Assembly: GCA_046563655.1 (NCBI GenBank)
Contig: CM102285.1
Location: forward strand, 14,694,001-14,758,000
DNA length: 64,000 nucleotides
Source of the DNA: Yuukianura sp. NJ FZ-2021
Lineage: Eukaryota
Reading direction: 5' to 3'
Each line of letters starts with the position of its first letter. Within the stretch, counting starts at the first letter, position 1. Shown here in pieces: positions 62,939 to 64,000 of the stretch. The translations under genes were made by a program, and so were the position numbers. Below the pieces are notes generated by a model. That model was given only the letters and a program-made list of their open reading frames with translations. It was not told the origin of the DNA and ran no database searches.

Positions 62939-64000
62939 TTACTTGTAGAGTCCAAATTTTGAAGTTTTTGTTCTAGGTTTTCTCGAAGTTGGAAAAGGAT
63001 TGAACGCAGTAGCTCGACTTCTGTGGAACGATTTTGATTTGAAAGCTGCATCTTCTCCAGACGACGATTCTCCAGAAGATTCTCCAGAAATGTTTTCCTC
63101 GTCTTCAATTCCTTTCAGTTTTAATCTCCGTAGAATTTCCAAATTTTCTCGAATGAGGCTTGTAATTTCATCTGTCGATTCGATCATTCGAGAAACTGAA
63201 ATAACTTCGCCTGGACCGTGACAGAGATCGTCATTCGGTCCACCAATTTGGTCACTCTCAACTTCTTCCGTGTTATCTTCATTCCCAGTTCCGGAATCCG
63301 AAACTTCACGAACCGACGGCGTTGAACCGAACGTTGTCGTTTCGGAATTGTCGGTACAAGGAGACTGGGGACGACTCAAGTTATGACTTGCCGGACTCAG
63401 CGAACCGGTTGACGAAACCGGTATCGGAAAGTGTTCGTGAAACGATAGAATTGGACTGATTGGGCTTGGCAGGGGTGACATGACCGGAATCTTGGCAGTA
63501 TCGTCACGTTCCGTCAAATGTGTCAAAAGTGTTAAATTTTGAAATTGGAGTTGACATATTCTCTGACTCAAATTTTCATAAAAGTTGTCATCAATTTGTC
63601 CATCGGTGGTCATTCCATATGATTTCCGAAGTTGATCAATTCTGGACAGTTCGTCCAAAAAGTACTGGCTGTCTGAAGCATCCAGCGGTTTCGAACCGGT
63701 ACCGATACCGGAATTCTCTGTCAGCATCAGCAGTTCGGCTTCCGTTTCTTCAAACGACAGAGACCGAGTTGGAGTCGGCGTTATAATGATATCTGGCGGT
63801 TTTGATATGATTTTGGTTGGTACCGGACGCGAACCGGACCCGTCCGGTACGTCACTGTCTTTGTCACTTTCGTCATCTGTGTCACAGAGTTCGGTTGACG
63901 ACGACGATGTCGTCATTGACGACGCTGACGGTCGCCGTTTCCGAACTTTCTTGGGTTTCTTTTGAGTCTTGTCCCACGTGAGCGTCACTTGTTGAGTACC
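62939..64000 (-). CDS. Unidentified Ser/acidic low-complexity protein, 5'-truncated by the window edge
   Basis: An open frame of more than 350 codons runs to the window end, with two short helical/coiled-coil segments. No domain recognised. Confidence 0.6.
   Translation of the reverse strand, partial: GTQQVTLTWDKTQKKPKKVRKRRPSASSMTTSSSSTELCDTDDESDKDSDVPDGSGSRPVPTKIISKPPDIIITPTPTRSLSFEETEAELLMLTENSGIGTGSKPLDASDSQYFLDELSRIDQLRKSYGMTTDGQIDDNFYENLSQRICQLQFQNLTLLTHLTERDDTAKIPVMSPLPSPISPILSFHEHFPIPVSSTGSLSPASHNLSRPQSPCTDNSETTTFGSTPSVREVSDSGTGNEDNTEEVESDQIGGPNDDLCHGPGEVISVSRMIESTDEITSLIRENLEILRRLKLKGIEDEENISGESSGESSSGEDAAFKSKSFHRSRATAFNPFPTSRKPRTKTSKFGLYK

Overview
A gene-dense, AT-rich, intron-containing eukaryotic window. 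The gene set and short GT-AG introns suggest an arthropod, possibly a springtail-like hexapod; that assignment is inference only. I reconstructed 14 spliced protein-coding genes by hand, plus one partial ORF: a two-HMG-box protein (-), Nup58 (-), Aurora A (+), a CD63-like tetraspanin (-), Nup93 (-), vigilin (+), a PTPN23/myopic-like BRO1 protein (+), a CG9095-like sushi/fucolectin/C-type lectin membrane protein (+), RBM28 (-), NDUFA13 (-), PTDSS2 (+), RFT1 (-), LAMTOR5 (-), BDP1 (+) and an unidentified ORF at the right edge (-). Several real exons, including all of NDUFA13 and two CG9095-like exons, are not called as such in the ORF track. There are four head-to-head gene pairs, several MITE/foldback elements and intronic minisatellites. 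The most notable observations: (1) RFT1 has almost no room for its own promoter, and its first exon splices in frame to LAMTOR5 exon 2, suggesting a shared-exon or bicistronic locus; (2) the PTPN23-like protein has no phosphatase domain and ends in a roughly 520-aa Tyr/Ser/Thr 11-mer repeat; (3) a box C/D snoRNA candidate with 18S complementarity lies in a vigilin intron; (4) an Arg-rich tandem HMG-box gene has a TATA/CRE/CCAAT promoter; (5) AGGTCA direct repeats recur throughout the window. No database searches were run; family calls rest on recognised motifs.
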